Shown in pieces: positions 1-9,991 of a DNA stretch of 57,479 nucleotides. Both the position numbers and the translations under genes were made by a program. The notes below the pieces were generated by a model. It was given only the letters and a program-made list of their open reading frames with translations, did no database searches and was not told where the DNA came from. The stretch comes from Verrucomicrobiota bacterium (lineage in GTDB: Bacteria; Verrucomicrobiota; Kiritimatiellia; JAAZAB01), in NCBI GenBank assembly GCA_043814705.1, contig JBDRJR010000038.1:1-57479 (forward strand), in the 5' to 3' direction. Positions within the stretch are counted from its first letter, which is position 1; each line of letters starts with the position of its first letter.

Positions 1-140
1 AACCCCAATAAAACCGAGGGCTATGAAGGACCATTATCAAAACCGCAGTTCCGGTTTTTCCCATCTGTGTTTATTCTGTTCCGACCCACAGCCTACGGCC
101 TACAGTCCACAGCCCATGGCGTCCCTGTGGGACGCCAGTG
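1..140 (+). mobile_element. MITE-like repeat, copy 1 (left part cut by window edge)
   Basis: Near-identical to 55142-55281 and to the reverse complement of 26452-26584; ends in the hairpin TGGCGTCCC-TGT-GGGACGCCA-GTG. Confidence 0.85.
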
Positions 141-190
141 AAATAATTTTACAAATTAACCACAAAGAACGCAAAATTAAGGGGTGAATC

Positions 191-1492
191 GTGGACAACC
201 AGGCAAAGCAATTAAATGAAGTTATTGCGGCCGCCTGTCCGGCCGTGATGGATTTGCTGTCCCGCAAGGGACGTGAAATCTATTTTCCGAAGCTGGGTAT
301 CCTGTCGCAATCGGCCGAGGCCCAGGGCAAGGCCATTAATGCCACCATCGGGATTGCGATGGAGGAAGATGGCACGCCCATGCACCTGGCTTGCGTCATG
401 CGCCGGGTGCAGTTGTCCGCGAGCCAGGCGGTGTCCTATGCGCCCAGTTCGGGCCGGCCGGATATCCGCAAGCAATGGAAAGCCATGCTGGGTAAAAAGA
501 ATCCCGGCCTGGCCGGCAAAGTTTTCAGTCTGCCGGTGGTGACCAGTGCGCTCACCCACGGGCTGAGTACCTGCGGTTACCTGTTCTGCGATCCGGGCGA
601 TGCGATCATTCTGGCGGATCTGTTCTGGGAAAATTACGAACTTATATTTTCCAATGCTTACGGCACCCGGCTGGATACGTTTGCGATGTTTACCGGGCAA
701 GGGCGGTTTAATGTCGAAGGATTGCGCGCCCGGCTGATGGCAGGGCCGATCGGCAAAAAAATCGTGTGTCTCAATTTCCCTAACAATCCCACCGGCTATA
801 CCCCAACCATTACGGAAACACGCGCTATTGCCGATGTCTTGCGTGAAGCCGCGGAGCGCGGAAACAAGCTGGTGACGCTTGTGGACGATGCCTATTTCGG
901 ACTTGTTTATGAACCAGACGTATTCCCGGAATCCATTTTCAGCTTGCTCTGCGACCTGCATCCTAACCTGCTGGCCGTCAAACTGGATGGTCCGACCAAG
1001 GAAGATTATGTCTGGGGATTCCGGGTGGGTTTTATCACCTATGGTATCCGCGGGGGGTCGCCCGCCGTGTTCGAAGCTCTCGAGGCCAAAACGGGCGGGG
1101 CCATCCGGGGCAATATTTCCAATGCCGCCAACGTGAGCCAGTCCCTGCTCCTGGACGCCTACAATGAGGATTCCTATGCAACGGAGAAATGCTCCAAATA
1201 CGAAATTCTGCGCTCACGCTATGAGCGGGTCAAACAGATCCTGACGGCGCATCCCGAATATTCGCAAGAATTTACGGCCCTGCCGTTCAATTCAGGATAT
1301 TTCATGTGCGTGCGTCTCCGGCACGCGGACCCGGAACAGGTGCGCCAAAAACTTTTAACGGATTATACCACCGGTGTGATCGCCATGGCCGGCATTATCC
1401 GGCTGGCCTTTTCCGCCGTGCCCCTGGCGCAGTTGCCGGCATTGTTTGAGAATCTGTTCCGGGCGGCCCGGGACTTGCAAAAACAAGGATAA
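191..1492 (+). CDS. PLP-dependent aminotransferase class I/II (aspartate aminotransferase-like)
   Basis: Motifs NFPNNPTGY, DDAY, GPTKE and WGFRVG; GTG start after AAGGGG; stop directly abuts the dnaX start. Confidence 0.88.
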   Translation: MDNQAKQLNEVIAAACPAVMDLLSRKGREIYFPKLGILSQSAEAQGKAINATIGIAMEEDGTPMHLACVMRRVQLSASQAVSYAPSSGRPDIRKQWKAMLGKKNPGLAGKVFSLPVVTSALTHGLSTCGYLFCDPGDAIILADLFWENYELIFSNAYGTRLDTFAMFTGQGRFNVEGLRARLMAGPIGKKIVCLNFPNNPTGYTPTITETRAIADVLREAAERGNKLVTLVDDAYFGLVYEPDVFPESIFSLLCDLHPNLLAVKLDGPTKEDYVWGFRVGFITYGIRGGSPAVFEALEAKTGGAIRGNISNAANVSQSLLLDAYNEDSYATEKCSKYEILRSRYERVKQILTAHPEYSQEFTALPFNSGYFMCVRLRHADPEQVRQKLLTDYTTGVIAMAGIIRLAFSAVPLAQLPALFENLFRAARDLQKQG

Positions 1493-3214
1493 ATGGCCAT
1501 GGCCTATGAAGTGCTTGCGCGTAAATGGCGGCCCAGACAGTTCCAGGATGTCGTCGGTCAGGACCACGTCATTCAGACGCTGACCAATGCCATCCGGACG
1601 AATCGGGTGGCGCATGCCTATCTTTTTGTGGGTCCGCGCGGCATCGGCAAAACCTCCATCGCGCGAATTTTCGCCAAGGCATTGAACTGTAAGGAGGGCA
1701 TGACCCCCGCGCCCTGCGACCATTGTGACGCCTGCCGTGAAATTACGGCGGGATCCAGTCTCGATGTGCATGAACTTGACGCCGCCTCCAATCGCGGCAT
1801 TGATGAGATTCGCGCTCTGCGCGACACCATCAAATATATGCCAACCCAGCGCTTCAAGATTTACATTATTGACGAAGTCCACATGCTAACGATGGAGGCC
1901 TTCAATGCCCTGTTGAAGACCCTTGAGGAGCCGCCGGCGCAGGTCAAGTTTTTCATGGCCACTACTGAACCGCAGAAAATACCGGCCACGATTCTATCGC
2001 GGTGCCAGCGGTTTGATTTGCGGCGCATCCCGGCCAGCCTGCTGATTGCGCGCTTGCGCTTGATTGCCCAGTCGGAGGGCGTGACGATTGATGATGATGC
2101 GGTGTTGGCCGTGGCGCGCGCGGCCGAAGGGGGACTGCGCGACGCCGAATCAGCCCTGGACCAGTTGATTGCCTTCCAGGGCAAGGATATCCATGAAGAG
2201 GATGTCCTCGCGGTGTTCGGCCTGGTTTCGCGTCAGACACTGGAAACCATGTCAACCGCCCTGATCCAGGGTGACATTGCCGGGGTTATTCAGCAGGTGG
2301 AAGCGCTGGATAAAAACGGGAAGGACATGCAAAGGCTCCTGATCGAGCTCCTGGAACATATCCGTAATCTGCTCGTGTACCTGCAGGCGGGGAGCGGTCT
2401 GGCCGCCCTGGATTTGACGCCCGCCCAGACGGCCGTGTTGAAGACGCAGGCGGCGCTGACGCACGTGGACCGGCTGTTGCATATCACGGATATTTTGATG
2501 GAAACCATGGACCGTTTGCCTTATGCGCTCTCCAAAAAAACACTGCTGGAAACCGCTTTGATCCGTTGTTCACGCGCCGCAGTGGTTGTCTCGCTGGATG
2601 AAATTTTACGGCGGATCGAGGCGCTAAAGCATGGCTTGGGTGATGCCGGCGGCGCGCCGGCGGCCATTGCCGCACCGACGCGCGCCGCGGCCGATCTTCC
2701 GGCACCGTCTGTTGCCAACCCGCAAGGGGCGGAACCCATTACTGATGAATTGGCGTATTTGACTAAAATGTGGCCGGCGCTTGTCGAAAAGGTCGGGAAA
2801 GCGGCGGCGCTGGCCAGGGGGTGTCTCCTTGATGCGCGGCCGGTGGCCGTTGTGGGTGACCGTGTGATGATCGGCTTTGATCCGGAATTTGCCGCGCGCA
2901 TGGAGCAAGCCGGTCTGCCGCGAACCCGCGCCGCCCTGCAGAAAAACATCAATGATGTCTTGCGCCGAAGCATTACCGTGGAATTCAAACTGCTCGACGA
3001 GCGCGCGGCAGGCGCGGAAAAGGAGCCCGTGTCGTCACGTGGAGCGTCGCGCGTCGAGCGTGAAGCGGCTTCCGGCCCGCCCGCAACGCCGGGTGCAACG
3101 CCGCCGAAGGCTGGTAAGCCCACCCTTCAGCAAAAACAGAAATGGTTCAAGGACCCGGCGGTGCAAAAAACCATGGATATGTTTAACGGCGACATCCAGG
3201 AAGTCAGGGAATAG
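1493..3214 (+). CDS. dnaX: DNA polymerase III subunit gamma/tau
   Basis: LARKWRP, Walker A GPRGIGKTS, Cys4 zinc module, IIDEVHML, LLKTLEEPP, SRCQ. Confidence 0.97.
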   Translation: MAMAYEVLARKWRPRQFQDVVGQDHVIQTLTNAIRTNRVAHAYLFVGPRGIGKTSIARIFAKALNCKEGMTPAPCDHCDACREITAGSSLDVHELDAASNRGIDEIRALRDTIKYMPTQRFKIYIIDEVHMLTMEAFNALLKTLEEPPAQVKFFMATTEPQKIPATILSRCQRFDLRRIPASLLIARLRLIAQSEGVTIDDDAVLAVARAAEGGLRDAESALDQLIAFQGKDIHEEDVLAVFGLVSRQTLETMSTALIQGDIAGVIQQVEALDKNGKDMQRLLIELLEHIRNLLVYLQAGSGLAALDLTPAQTAVLKTQAALTHVDRLLHITDILMETMDRLPYALSKKTLLETALIRCSRAAVVVSLDEILRRIEALKHGLGDAGGAPAAIAAPTRAAADLPAPSVANPQGAEPITDELAYLTKMWPALVEKVGKAAALARGCLLDARPVAVVGDRVMIGFDPEFAARMEQAGLPRTRAALQKNINDVLRRSITVEFKLLDERAAGAEKEPVSSRGASRVEREAASGPPATPGATPPKAGKPTLQQKQKWFKDPAVQKTMDMFNGDIQEVRE

Positions 3215-3302
3215 GAGGCTGTCGGCTATAGACTGAAGGCTGTTAGCGCCGCAACCATCAGGAACTGCTATGAAAAACAAAAAAAATTAAATTGGAAGAG
3301 AT

Positions 3303-3512
3303 TCACCACGGAGACACGGAAACACGGAGCAGAGATTGCTTGAAATCCGGTTTTGCCGGACGCAAAACCCGATTTCAAGCAACGACTTGTCATTGGAGAA
3401 TGAAGGGGAGATGATTAAACTAATCAAATCTCCGGTCTTTCTCCAAAATACAACCGAGTTTATCAAATTTGACAAACCCTCCTCTTGTTTTCCCTCCGCG
3501 TCTCCGTGGTGA
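3303..3512. repeat. Intergenic cassette bracketed by inverted 9-mer arms, with an internal hairpin
   Basis: TCACCACGGAGACACGGA (3303-3320) pairs with TCCGCGTCTCCGTGGTGA (3495-3512); inner hairpin TTGCTTGAAATC...GATTTCAAGCAA at 3336-3382. Confidence 0.75.
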
Positions 3513-3603
3513 GTCTTGTGTTGTTTGGGTTGCAACGTTGCCTGCCACGTCGGCAGCCAAGCGGCAAAGCGTACGGAAGACGGATAATGGAGGATGCAAG
3601 CAA

Positions 3604-3927
3604 ATGACTAATATTCTGAAAATGATCAAGGACGCGGCCGGCATGCAGAAAAACATGAAGCAAATGCAGGCGCAATTGCGCGCCAAAACGGTTGAATATT
3701 CAAGCGGCGGCGGCTTGGTTACGGTTACCGCCCGCGGCGACATCTCGGTTGCCGCCGTTCGCATTGACCCGCGCGCGATTGACGCTCTGAATCCGGCGGC
3801 GCTGGAAAAAATGGTGCTGGCGGCCGTCGAGGGCGCGCTGGAAGCGGCTAAAAAAATGAGCGCCACTGACATGCAGGCCATGATGACCGACATGGGATTG
3901 CCGAATATACCGGGATTGGGATTGTAA
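3604..3927 (+). CDS. ybaB: YbaB/EbfC family nucleoid-associated protein
   Basis: SSGGGLVTVTARG motif; lies between dnaX and recR; ATG 3604 follows GGAGG (the ORF-track start 3469 is overextended). Confidence 0.92.
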   Translation: MTNILKMIKDAAGMQKNMKQMQAQLRAKTVEYSSGGGLVTVTARGDISVAAVRIDPRAIDALNPAALEKMVLAAVEGALEAAKKMSATDMQAMMTDMGLPNIPGLGL

Positions 3928-3932
3928 ACGTG

Positions 3933-4013
3933 AAGTATGGGTGTATAGGAGTAAGGGTGTATCGGAGTAAAGAATTTTATTCAGCGTTCACACAAATCCT
4001 TGCGCCCATACTT
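3933..4013. repeat. Degenerate 8-mer array (GTATGGGT-like) with a short inverted partner
   Basis: AAGTATGGGTGTATAGGAGTAAGGGTGTATCGGAGTA ... CCCATACTT; same unit as 44589-44680. Confidence 0.65.
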
Positions 4014-4024
4014 GGATTCGTGTT

Positions 4025-4639
4025 ATGAAGACATTCCCCCCCCTTGATAAGGCGATTCTCTGTTTCGGCAAGCTTCCCGGTATCGGCCGCCGCTCGGCGG
4101 AACGCCTGGCCATGAAATTGGTGGGTGACCCGACCGGACTTCTCAAGGACTTGATCGCCGCCCTGCAGGGTGTGGCCGAGCAGATTAGATGTTGCTCGCG
4201 GTGCGGCGCGTTGACCGCGCGCGACCAGGATCCCTGCCGTTTTTGCACCGATGCCGCCCGGGATGGCGCCATTCTGTGTGTGGTGGAAGAACCTTCTGAT
4301 GTCTGGCAGATTGAAAATGCGGGCGGCTATCGCGGGCGTTATCACGTGCTCATGGGCAAGCTCTCGCCCATGCAGGGCATGGGAAGCGATCAGCTCCGAC
4401 TGGATGCTTTGGTGTTGCGCCTGAAATCGGAGCCGATTCAAGAGGTGATTCTGGCGCTTAACGCGGACGTGGAAAGCGATGCCACCGCCAGCATGCTTTG
4501 CGACTTACTGGCCGGCTACAATGTCAAAATCACACGGCCGGCCATGGGTATCCCTGCCGGGAGCGGCATAGCCCATTCGGATGCCGTCACCCTGGCGCGC
4601 GCCATTGGCAGTCGCCAGCCGTTCTCATTCAATGCATAG
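4025..4639 (+). CDS. recR: Recombination mediator RecR
   Basis: LPGIGRRSAERLA helix-hairpin-helix, Cys4 finger, CVVE toprim, YHVLMGKLSP; dnaX-ybaB-recR synteny. Confidence 0.96.
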   Translation: MKTFPPLDKAILCFGKLPGIGRRSAERLAMKLVGDPTGLLKDLIAALQGVAEQIRCCSRCGALTARDQDPCRFCTDAARDGAILCVVEEPSDVWQIENAGGYRGRYHVLMGKLSPMQGMGSDQLRLDALVLRLKSEPIQEVILALNADVESDATASMLCDLLAGYNVKITRPAMGIPAGSGIAHSDAVTLARAIGSRQPFSFNA

Positions 4640-4779
4640 GGATTTCAATTTTTCTTGGTAGGAGGGTCGTTATCCTCCCACATGAAAAAGTTGTCCGGCA
4701 ACTGCCGCTCCTGATTGAATTATTCCGCAACAATAATATGCCCTCCCTTGTTAGTGTCACAAAAAATTTGAAAATATAC

Positions 4780-4829
4780 TTGACATAAAACGATTTATAT
4801 CGTAGTTTTATACAAATTAAAACGATTTA
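4780..4829 (+). promoter_or_regulatory. Sigma70-like promoter overlapped by two putative LacI-type operators
   Basis: TTGACA 4780-4785, 17 bp spacer, TAGTTT 4803-4808; quasi-palindrome TAAAACGATTTA at 4786-4797 and 4818-4829. Confidence 0.7.
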
Positions 4830-4851
4830 ATCGAAGAAAGGGGGATTTGTA

Positions 4852-5742
4852 GTGCGGTCGCAAAATAAAAGTCGAACCCAAAAAACAATAAATATTGTTA
4901 ATATACCCATGGCGTTTTATCTCCGTGGGCAAGATATTCAAAATGTGCCGAAATGCCGGATGAATGGCCGCCCTTTACCGCAATCCCTGATAATCATGCC
5001 GGGGATTTATCGTGTTCACGGCTGTTCCTATGATCTTGCCAAGGAGGGATTATATCGGTTTTTTTATCCCGGCGTTGAAAACCAGCAACGGATTGTCTAC
5101 CGGAGCGATCCATGGTCATTTGTGTCAGCGTTAAGCTGGTTGTCGTCGCACGGTAACCGGGATAACGGGAAAAGCGTGGCCGCCAAAATTAAGATTGTGA
5201 TGCGGGAAAAACTGATTGTAACCTGCGGCGATATGGCCGCGTTCGGCGCGCACCTGCTTGCGCAACACGGGTTTCAAACCCGCCGTGTTGGAAGCAGAAC
5301 GCTTGCAACCTTGAACAATTACGATACCGGTCATTCCCTGGCCGAAGTCAAGCTCAACGGCCAGTGGGTGCTGATGGACTTGGACGTCAAATTTTTTTTC
5401 CGCCACGGTCATCGGCGGCTCACGTTGTTGGAGGCGGTCGAAGCTGTTGGCGCGGACGATTATCAGCTGGAGCCGTTGGCGCAGGCAGTTGGCATTGCCG
5501 TCTCAAATTTCAAGGACAAAGAAGGTTATGACTACGGTTTATGGATGGAAACATTATTTTCCAATCAATCCGGCATTCGCAATTGGTATCGCCGAATTAT
5601 GATGATTCCGATCATATACGCGCAGGGTCGGGCGTTTTTCACGACGCAAACAAAACACCAACTTCAAAAAGCACGGCGTTTGTGGAAGGATTTAACATAT
5701 CTGCCCCGGGCGGATTTCATTAAGCATTTTTATGCCGATTAA
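4852..5742 (+). CDS. Hypothetical protein with a transglutaminase-like Cys-His-Asp core
   Basis: VTCGD, GHSLAEV and WVLMDLD have the spacing typical of transglutaminase-like folds; start uncertain (GTG 4852 or ATG 4909). Confidence 0.55.
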   Translation: MRSQNKSRTQKTINIVNIPMAFYLRGQDIQNVPKCRMNGRPLPQSLIIMPGIYRVHGCSYDLAKEGLYRFFYPGVENQQRIVYRSDPWSFVSALSWLSSHGNRDNGKSVAAKIKIVMREKLIVTCGDMAAFGAHLLAQHGFQTRRVGSRTLATLNNYDTGHSLAEVKLNGQWVLMDLDVKFFFRHGHRRLTLLEAVEAVGADDYQLEPLAQAVGIAVSNFKDKEGYDYGLWMETLFSNQSGIRNWYRRIMMIPIIYAQGRAFFTTQTKHQLQKARRLWKDLTYLPRADFIKHFYAD

Positions 5743-5822
5743 GCCCGTTGCCGATGACCGGCGCCATGCAATCGAGCGTTGGATGTAAAAACGGGAACGA
5801 CTTTTATGACAGGAGTCCACAC

Positions 5823-7077
5823 ATGAACATGACTTCCACGGAAATACGAATCGGCATGATCGGCTGTAGTGCCCGCGCGCGATCTTATCTGCGCAGCATT
5901 GCCGCCGTTCCCGGATGTCGTTTAACGTCCCTGTGCGACTTAATTCCCGAACGCGCGCGAAAACTCAAAGCGCAAGCCGGTAACGAGCGTCTCCGCGAGT
6001 ATACCGACTACCGCAGAATGCTTGATGCCGGCGAGATGGACGCGGTTTTTGTGGTGACTGAACCTGAATACCAGGCCGGAATTTCGGTTGCCTGCATGGA
6101 GGCTGGTTTACATGTCCTGTCGGAAGTTCCCGCAACCTATTCGCTCGACGAGTGCTGGCGGATCGTCATCGCCGCCGAGCGGACTGGACGCCGCTATTAT
6201 CTGGGCGAACAGGTGCGCCATGCCCCATTCGTGCGCTACTGGCGGCAGTGGGTCCAGGGCGAAGTCCTCGGTTCCATTCTTTTTGCCGAAGGCCATTACC
6301 TGCATGGCATGGGACCCGACCGTGCCTGGATTAATCCGGAAACGGGTGAGCGGCTGACCTGGGAACAGTCGCAGAAACTTCCCGGCCGGACTAAGTCGCG
6401 CCTATGGTCGTTAAAACACCCGATTTTTTACGGTCCGCATGAGATGAGTCCCATTTTGAAAATGCTCGATGACCGCGTGGTGCGTGTCACCGGCTATTCC
6501 TCCGGTTTGCCCAGCAAACGTTATAAGGAAACGCCTTTTCCCTGCATGGATATGGAATTTACACAACCCGACTTTGAAGCGGCCATGATGCAGACCGCCA
6601 AAGGAACTATTGTTCGCTTTGCCGCCGGATTCCAAGTGCCTGCCAGCGAATGCCATTGGTATCATCTTTTCGGCACCAAAGGTGAACTGGAAACGCGCCG
6701 GGGGGCGGACGAGCCGGGTTATTCCTACCTTCATCCTGCACCGGTCATGAATGATGGGATGGCACGGTTCCCTCGAACCAGACAAACCTGGTTCCACTCG
6801 TGCGGACGCCCCCCCCGCAGAGGTTGCGGCGGCGCTGGCGCTGGAAGATTCCGCCGTTGCGCGGCTTACCGGCCATGGCGGGCTGGACTATTACCCGGTA
6901 GCCGATTTTGCAAGCAGTCTGCTCAACGGGACAAAACCGGATATTGACGTTTATCAGGCGATTGAAACGGCCGCGCCTTGTATCATTGCGGCCCAATCAA
7001 TCGAGCAGGGTAGCGCTAACCTGCCAGTGCCGGATTTCCGCCCGGGTAAAAATCGCAAGATGGGGGAAATGCCATGA
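5823..7077 (+). pseudogene. Gfo/Idh/MocA oxidoreductase split by a frameshift in a C8 tract (6809-6816)
   Basis: N-terminal part has IRIGMIG and HVLSEVP; the conserved C-terminus GHGGLDY..DIDVY..VPDF lies in the +1 frame (ORF 6751-7077); removing one C fuses them. Confidence 0.75.
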
Positions 7078-8834
7078 TGTCGCCCGTCCTGGTCGTTGTG
7101 CATTCCGGGGGGCCTAACCGGTATGCCGCTTATCTTCAGGAAATCCTCGATATCGAGGGTGTCATGGGGCGGGAGACGCTCGATCTTGCCCGGCAGGATT
7201 TGACCGCTGAATGTCTGGATAAACGCGCGCTGGTCATCTTAACGCATCTTGACCTGGCAAAATCCCAATCTGATTTATTGCGGCGTTATGTTTCCGGTGG
7301 CGGCAAATTGGTCGCGTTGCGGCCGCCCCTTGAATTGGCGGACCTTTTCGGCGTCACCAGGGTAACACCGATCATTCGGGAAGGTTATATTACCATTAAT
7401 CCGGCAAACCCCGCGGCGGCACGATATCCGGTAAACAGCCTGCAATTCCATGGTGATGGCGATCTTTATCAATCCGTTGATTGCCAGGTCATGGCCTTTT
7501 TTGCAGGTGAGTTTGGGGAACGCACAAGTTATCCGGCCATATTTTGGAAAAAACATTCCGCTGGCGGCATGGCCGCCGCATTTGCCTACGACCTGGCCTT
7601 GTCCACCGTGCTTTTTCATCAGGGTTTAAAAGAACAGGCCAGCAATGGCCGCCGACCGGATGCCGATGGCGACTTGGCGTATAAACCTAACGATCTCTTC
7701 TACCGGTATCTGGACGGACGTTTAAAAAAAATACCGCAGGCGGATATCCATCAGGATTTGTTGATGGATCTTATTCATCAGCTCGCACCCCTGCCTTTGC
7801 CGCGCATCTGGCATTTCCTGAAGGCGGCACCGGCCGTTGCTTTGATTGACGGGGATAGTGACGGCATGCGGGCAGAAGCGTTGGACAAGGTCATTGCCGT
7901 TGTTGAAGCGGCAGGCGGCAAGTATACGCTCTATCTGATGATTAAAGACTTTGATCAGCTTCCTCCCGCGCGAATGCGCCAATTGATGGAGCGGGGACAC
8001 GACTTCGGAATCCATTTCTGGCAGGGTAGCCGGCTTCCTTCCCTGGAAGTTGTGCAAAAAAACATGCAAAAGGAAACACAGGTTTTTTTTGAAAGATACG
8101 AGTATTCCGCTACCGCGCACCGCGGTCATTCGGTTATCTGGGTTGGTTGGACGGAACATGCCGGTTTCCTCGCGGAAAACGGGTTTCGCCTTGACGGCAA
8201 TTTTGCGGCGGGCCCGGGATATCAGGAAGGATATATTAATGGAAGCGCCCTGCCGGTAAAATTCATGGATGAAAACGGCCGTATAATCAACCTTTATGAA
8301 CAGGCCACGCTAAGCACTGATGATGGTTGGGCGCATGATAAATCACTGTTGCCGTCAAAAACATTGGGCCGGGCGATGGCCGATTCTCTTCAGCAGATTG
8401 ATGATCTGGTGTTAAAATACCACGGTGTTTACCATCCGTATTTTCACCCCGGCCCGGCATACCAGCAATTAGCGGGGTGGCCGTTTTGCACCGATTTCTG
8501 GCTGGAAACCGTTGTCCGATATGCCCATCGCAAAAATATGCTTTTTGTCAATGGCCGGGAATGGGTGGCGTTTAATGACGGCCGCAGACAAGTTCGACTG
8601 GAGAAACTATCGTGGGATAATGAAAAGGGGTTGCTGTCGTGTAAAATTAAGAATCCGTCCAAAACCGAAGGAATAACAATTATTCTGCCGCTTGCCCGGG
8701 ATGGCCGCGTAACTGCGCCGGAACTGGTAAAAGGAAATGTGGAAGCAAAGACGGCCGTTCTGGAGCAATGCCAGCAACTTGTGTTGCTACTGGATGGCAG
8801 TATTCAAAATGAAATTTTAGTCCATTATTCGTGA
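7074..8834 (+). CDS. Hypothetical protein: N-terminal GATase/flavodoxin-like domain plus NodB-like deacetylase-type barrel
   Basis: DGDSD, GHDFGIH and HRGH motifs; ATGA coupling to the upstream gene. Confidence 0.55.
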   Translation: MMSPVLVVVHSGGPNRYAAYLQEILDIEGVMGRETLDLARQDLTAECLDKRALVILTHLDLAKSQSDLLRRYVSGGGKLVALRPPLELADLFGVTRVTPIIREGYITINPANPAAARYPVNSLQFHGDGDLYQSVDCQVMAFFAGEFGERTSYPAIFWKKHSAGGMAAAFAYDLALSTVLFHQGLKEQASNGRRPDADGDLAYKPNDLFYRYLDGRLKKIPQADIHQDLLMDLIHQLAPLPLPRIWHFLKAAPAVALIDGDSDGMRAEALDKVIAVVEAAGGKYTLYLMIKDFDQLPPARMRQLMERGHDFGIHFWQGSRLPSLEVVQKNMQKETQVFFERYEYSATAHRGHSVIWVGWTEHAGFLAENGFRLDGNFAAGPGYQEGYINGSALPVKFMDENGRIINLYEQATLSTDDGWAHDKSLLPSKTLGRAMADSLQQIDDLVLKYHGVYHPYFHPGPAYQQLAGWPFCTDFWLETVVRYAHRKNMLFVNGREWVAFNDGRRQVRLEKLSWDNEKGLLSCKIKNPSKTEGITIILPLARDGRVTAPELVKGNVEAKTAVLEQCQQLVLLLDGSIQNEILVHYS

Positions 8835-8924
8835 TCGGCCGACATGTGCATCCCATTCGGGATACGAAAATTTTATCGGCAAGAACGCCATCCGCGGATA
8901 AATGCTTATATCCAAGAGCCTGTC

Positions 8925-9920
8925 ATGATGACGATAAAAGACATTGCGCGTTTAAGCGGAACATCGCCGACGGCGGTGTCGTTTGTCCTGAATAATAAGG
9001 ATCAGGGCAAGGTTGACCCGCGGAAAAAACAGCGAATTCTGGAATTGATCGGCGCGCATCATTACCGCCAGAACCGGGCCGCCCAATCCCTGAAATTACG
9101 GAAAACGTTCAATATTGCCATTTGCATTCAAGGTTCGCTCGGACAGTATCCCATCATCGGGAATTATAGTCATTATGAGTTGCTCAGCCAGATTGCCCAG
9201 CGTTGTCATCAGGCCGGATACAGTAACGACCTGATTCAGATTGATGTTGCGAAACTCCCGTACCCGGCGGTCGAGGAATTAAAACATCATGATGCGGATG
9301 GATTCATTTTTCTGAACTGGTCGGCCGTTGCATTGTGCCCCTTGTTAAACTCCATTGAACAACGGCATATCCCGGTCGTTTCCGTCGGGGCGCCGTTAGC
9401 CGACAGCCCGTATTGGGTAATCTATGACCGCGCGGTTTCATTCTTTAACGGGGCGACCTATCTGCTCGATCAAGGCCTGAAAAAAATATGTGTGCTGGAT
9501 ACTTTGCCCGACTCAAGCCATTCCGCTTCCAAATATGAAGTTTACCAAACCGCATTGCAGGCGCGCGGGCTGACGCCCTCTCCGCTGTTCCGGGTTTCGG
9601 CTTCAACCCTGAAATCCGTGCTGATGACACTGAACGAGTTGTTGCGCGTCGTTCCCGATGTCGAGGGTATTATCCTGACCGACAACGGTTTTGCGCCGTA
9701 TGTCGTGACCATGCTTGAAAGTAAACCGATCCGCATCCTGGGCTTTGGTGACGCGGGCTATGCGTGCATGTGTGCCCCGCGCCTTTCGTATATGCGCTTT
9801 CCGATTGAGGCGGTTGCCGAGAGTGCGATTAACATGCTGTTGAACCGGTTGGATCCGGTCGAGCCGCCGCGTCCAAGTCAACAGCGTCACCAATGCGATT
9901 TAATTATTCAGGACACATGA
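8925..9920 (+). CDS. LacI family transcriptional regulator
   Basis: TIKDIARLSGTSPTAVSFVLN helix-turn-helix, YRQNRAAQSL hinge, ILGFGD effector domain. Confidence 0.93.
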   Translation: MMTIKDIARLSGTSPTAVSFVLNNKDQGKVDPRKKQRILELIGAHHYRQNRAAQSLKLRKTFNIAICIQGSLGQYPIIGNYSHYELLSQIAQRCHQAGYSNDLIQIDVAKLPYPAVEELKHHDADGFIFLNWSAVALCPLLNSIEQRHIPVVSVGAPLADSPYWVIYDRAVSFFNGATYLLDQGLKKICVLDTLPDSSHSASKYEVYQTALQARGLTPSPLFRVSASTLKSVLMTLNELLRVVPDVEGIILTDNGFAPYVVTMLESKPIRILGFGDAGYACMCAPRLSYMRFPIEAVAESAINMLLNRLDPVEPPRPSQQRHQCDLIIQDT

Positions 9921-9991
9921 AACGAAGATCGTTCAGCGTTGTGTGTATGGGAACTTAAAACATTTTCTTAACGAAAAAAAGGGGGGCCGTT

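Noticed and set aside
1493-3214. Programmed frameshift in dnaX
   Set aside because: No A-AAA-AAG plus hairpin or A9 slippage run seen; the A7 near 2534 alone is insufficient
3469-3603. N-terminal extension of YbaB in the ORF track
   Set aside because: Runs through the repeat arm; the RBS supports ATG 3604
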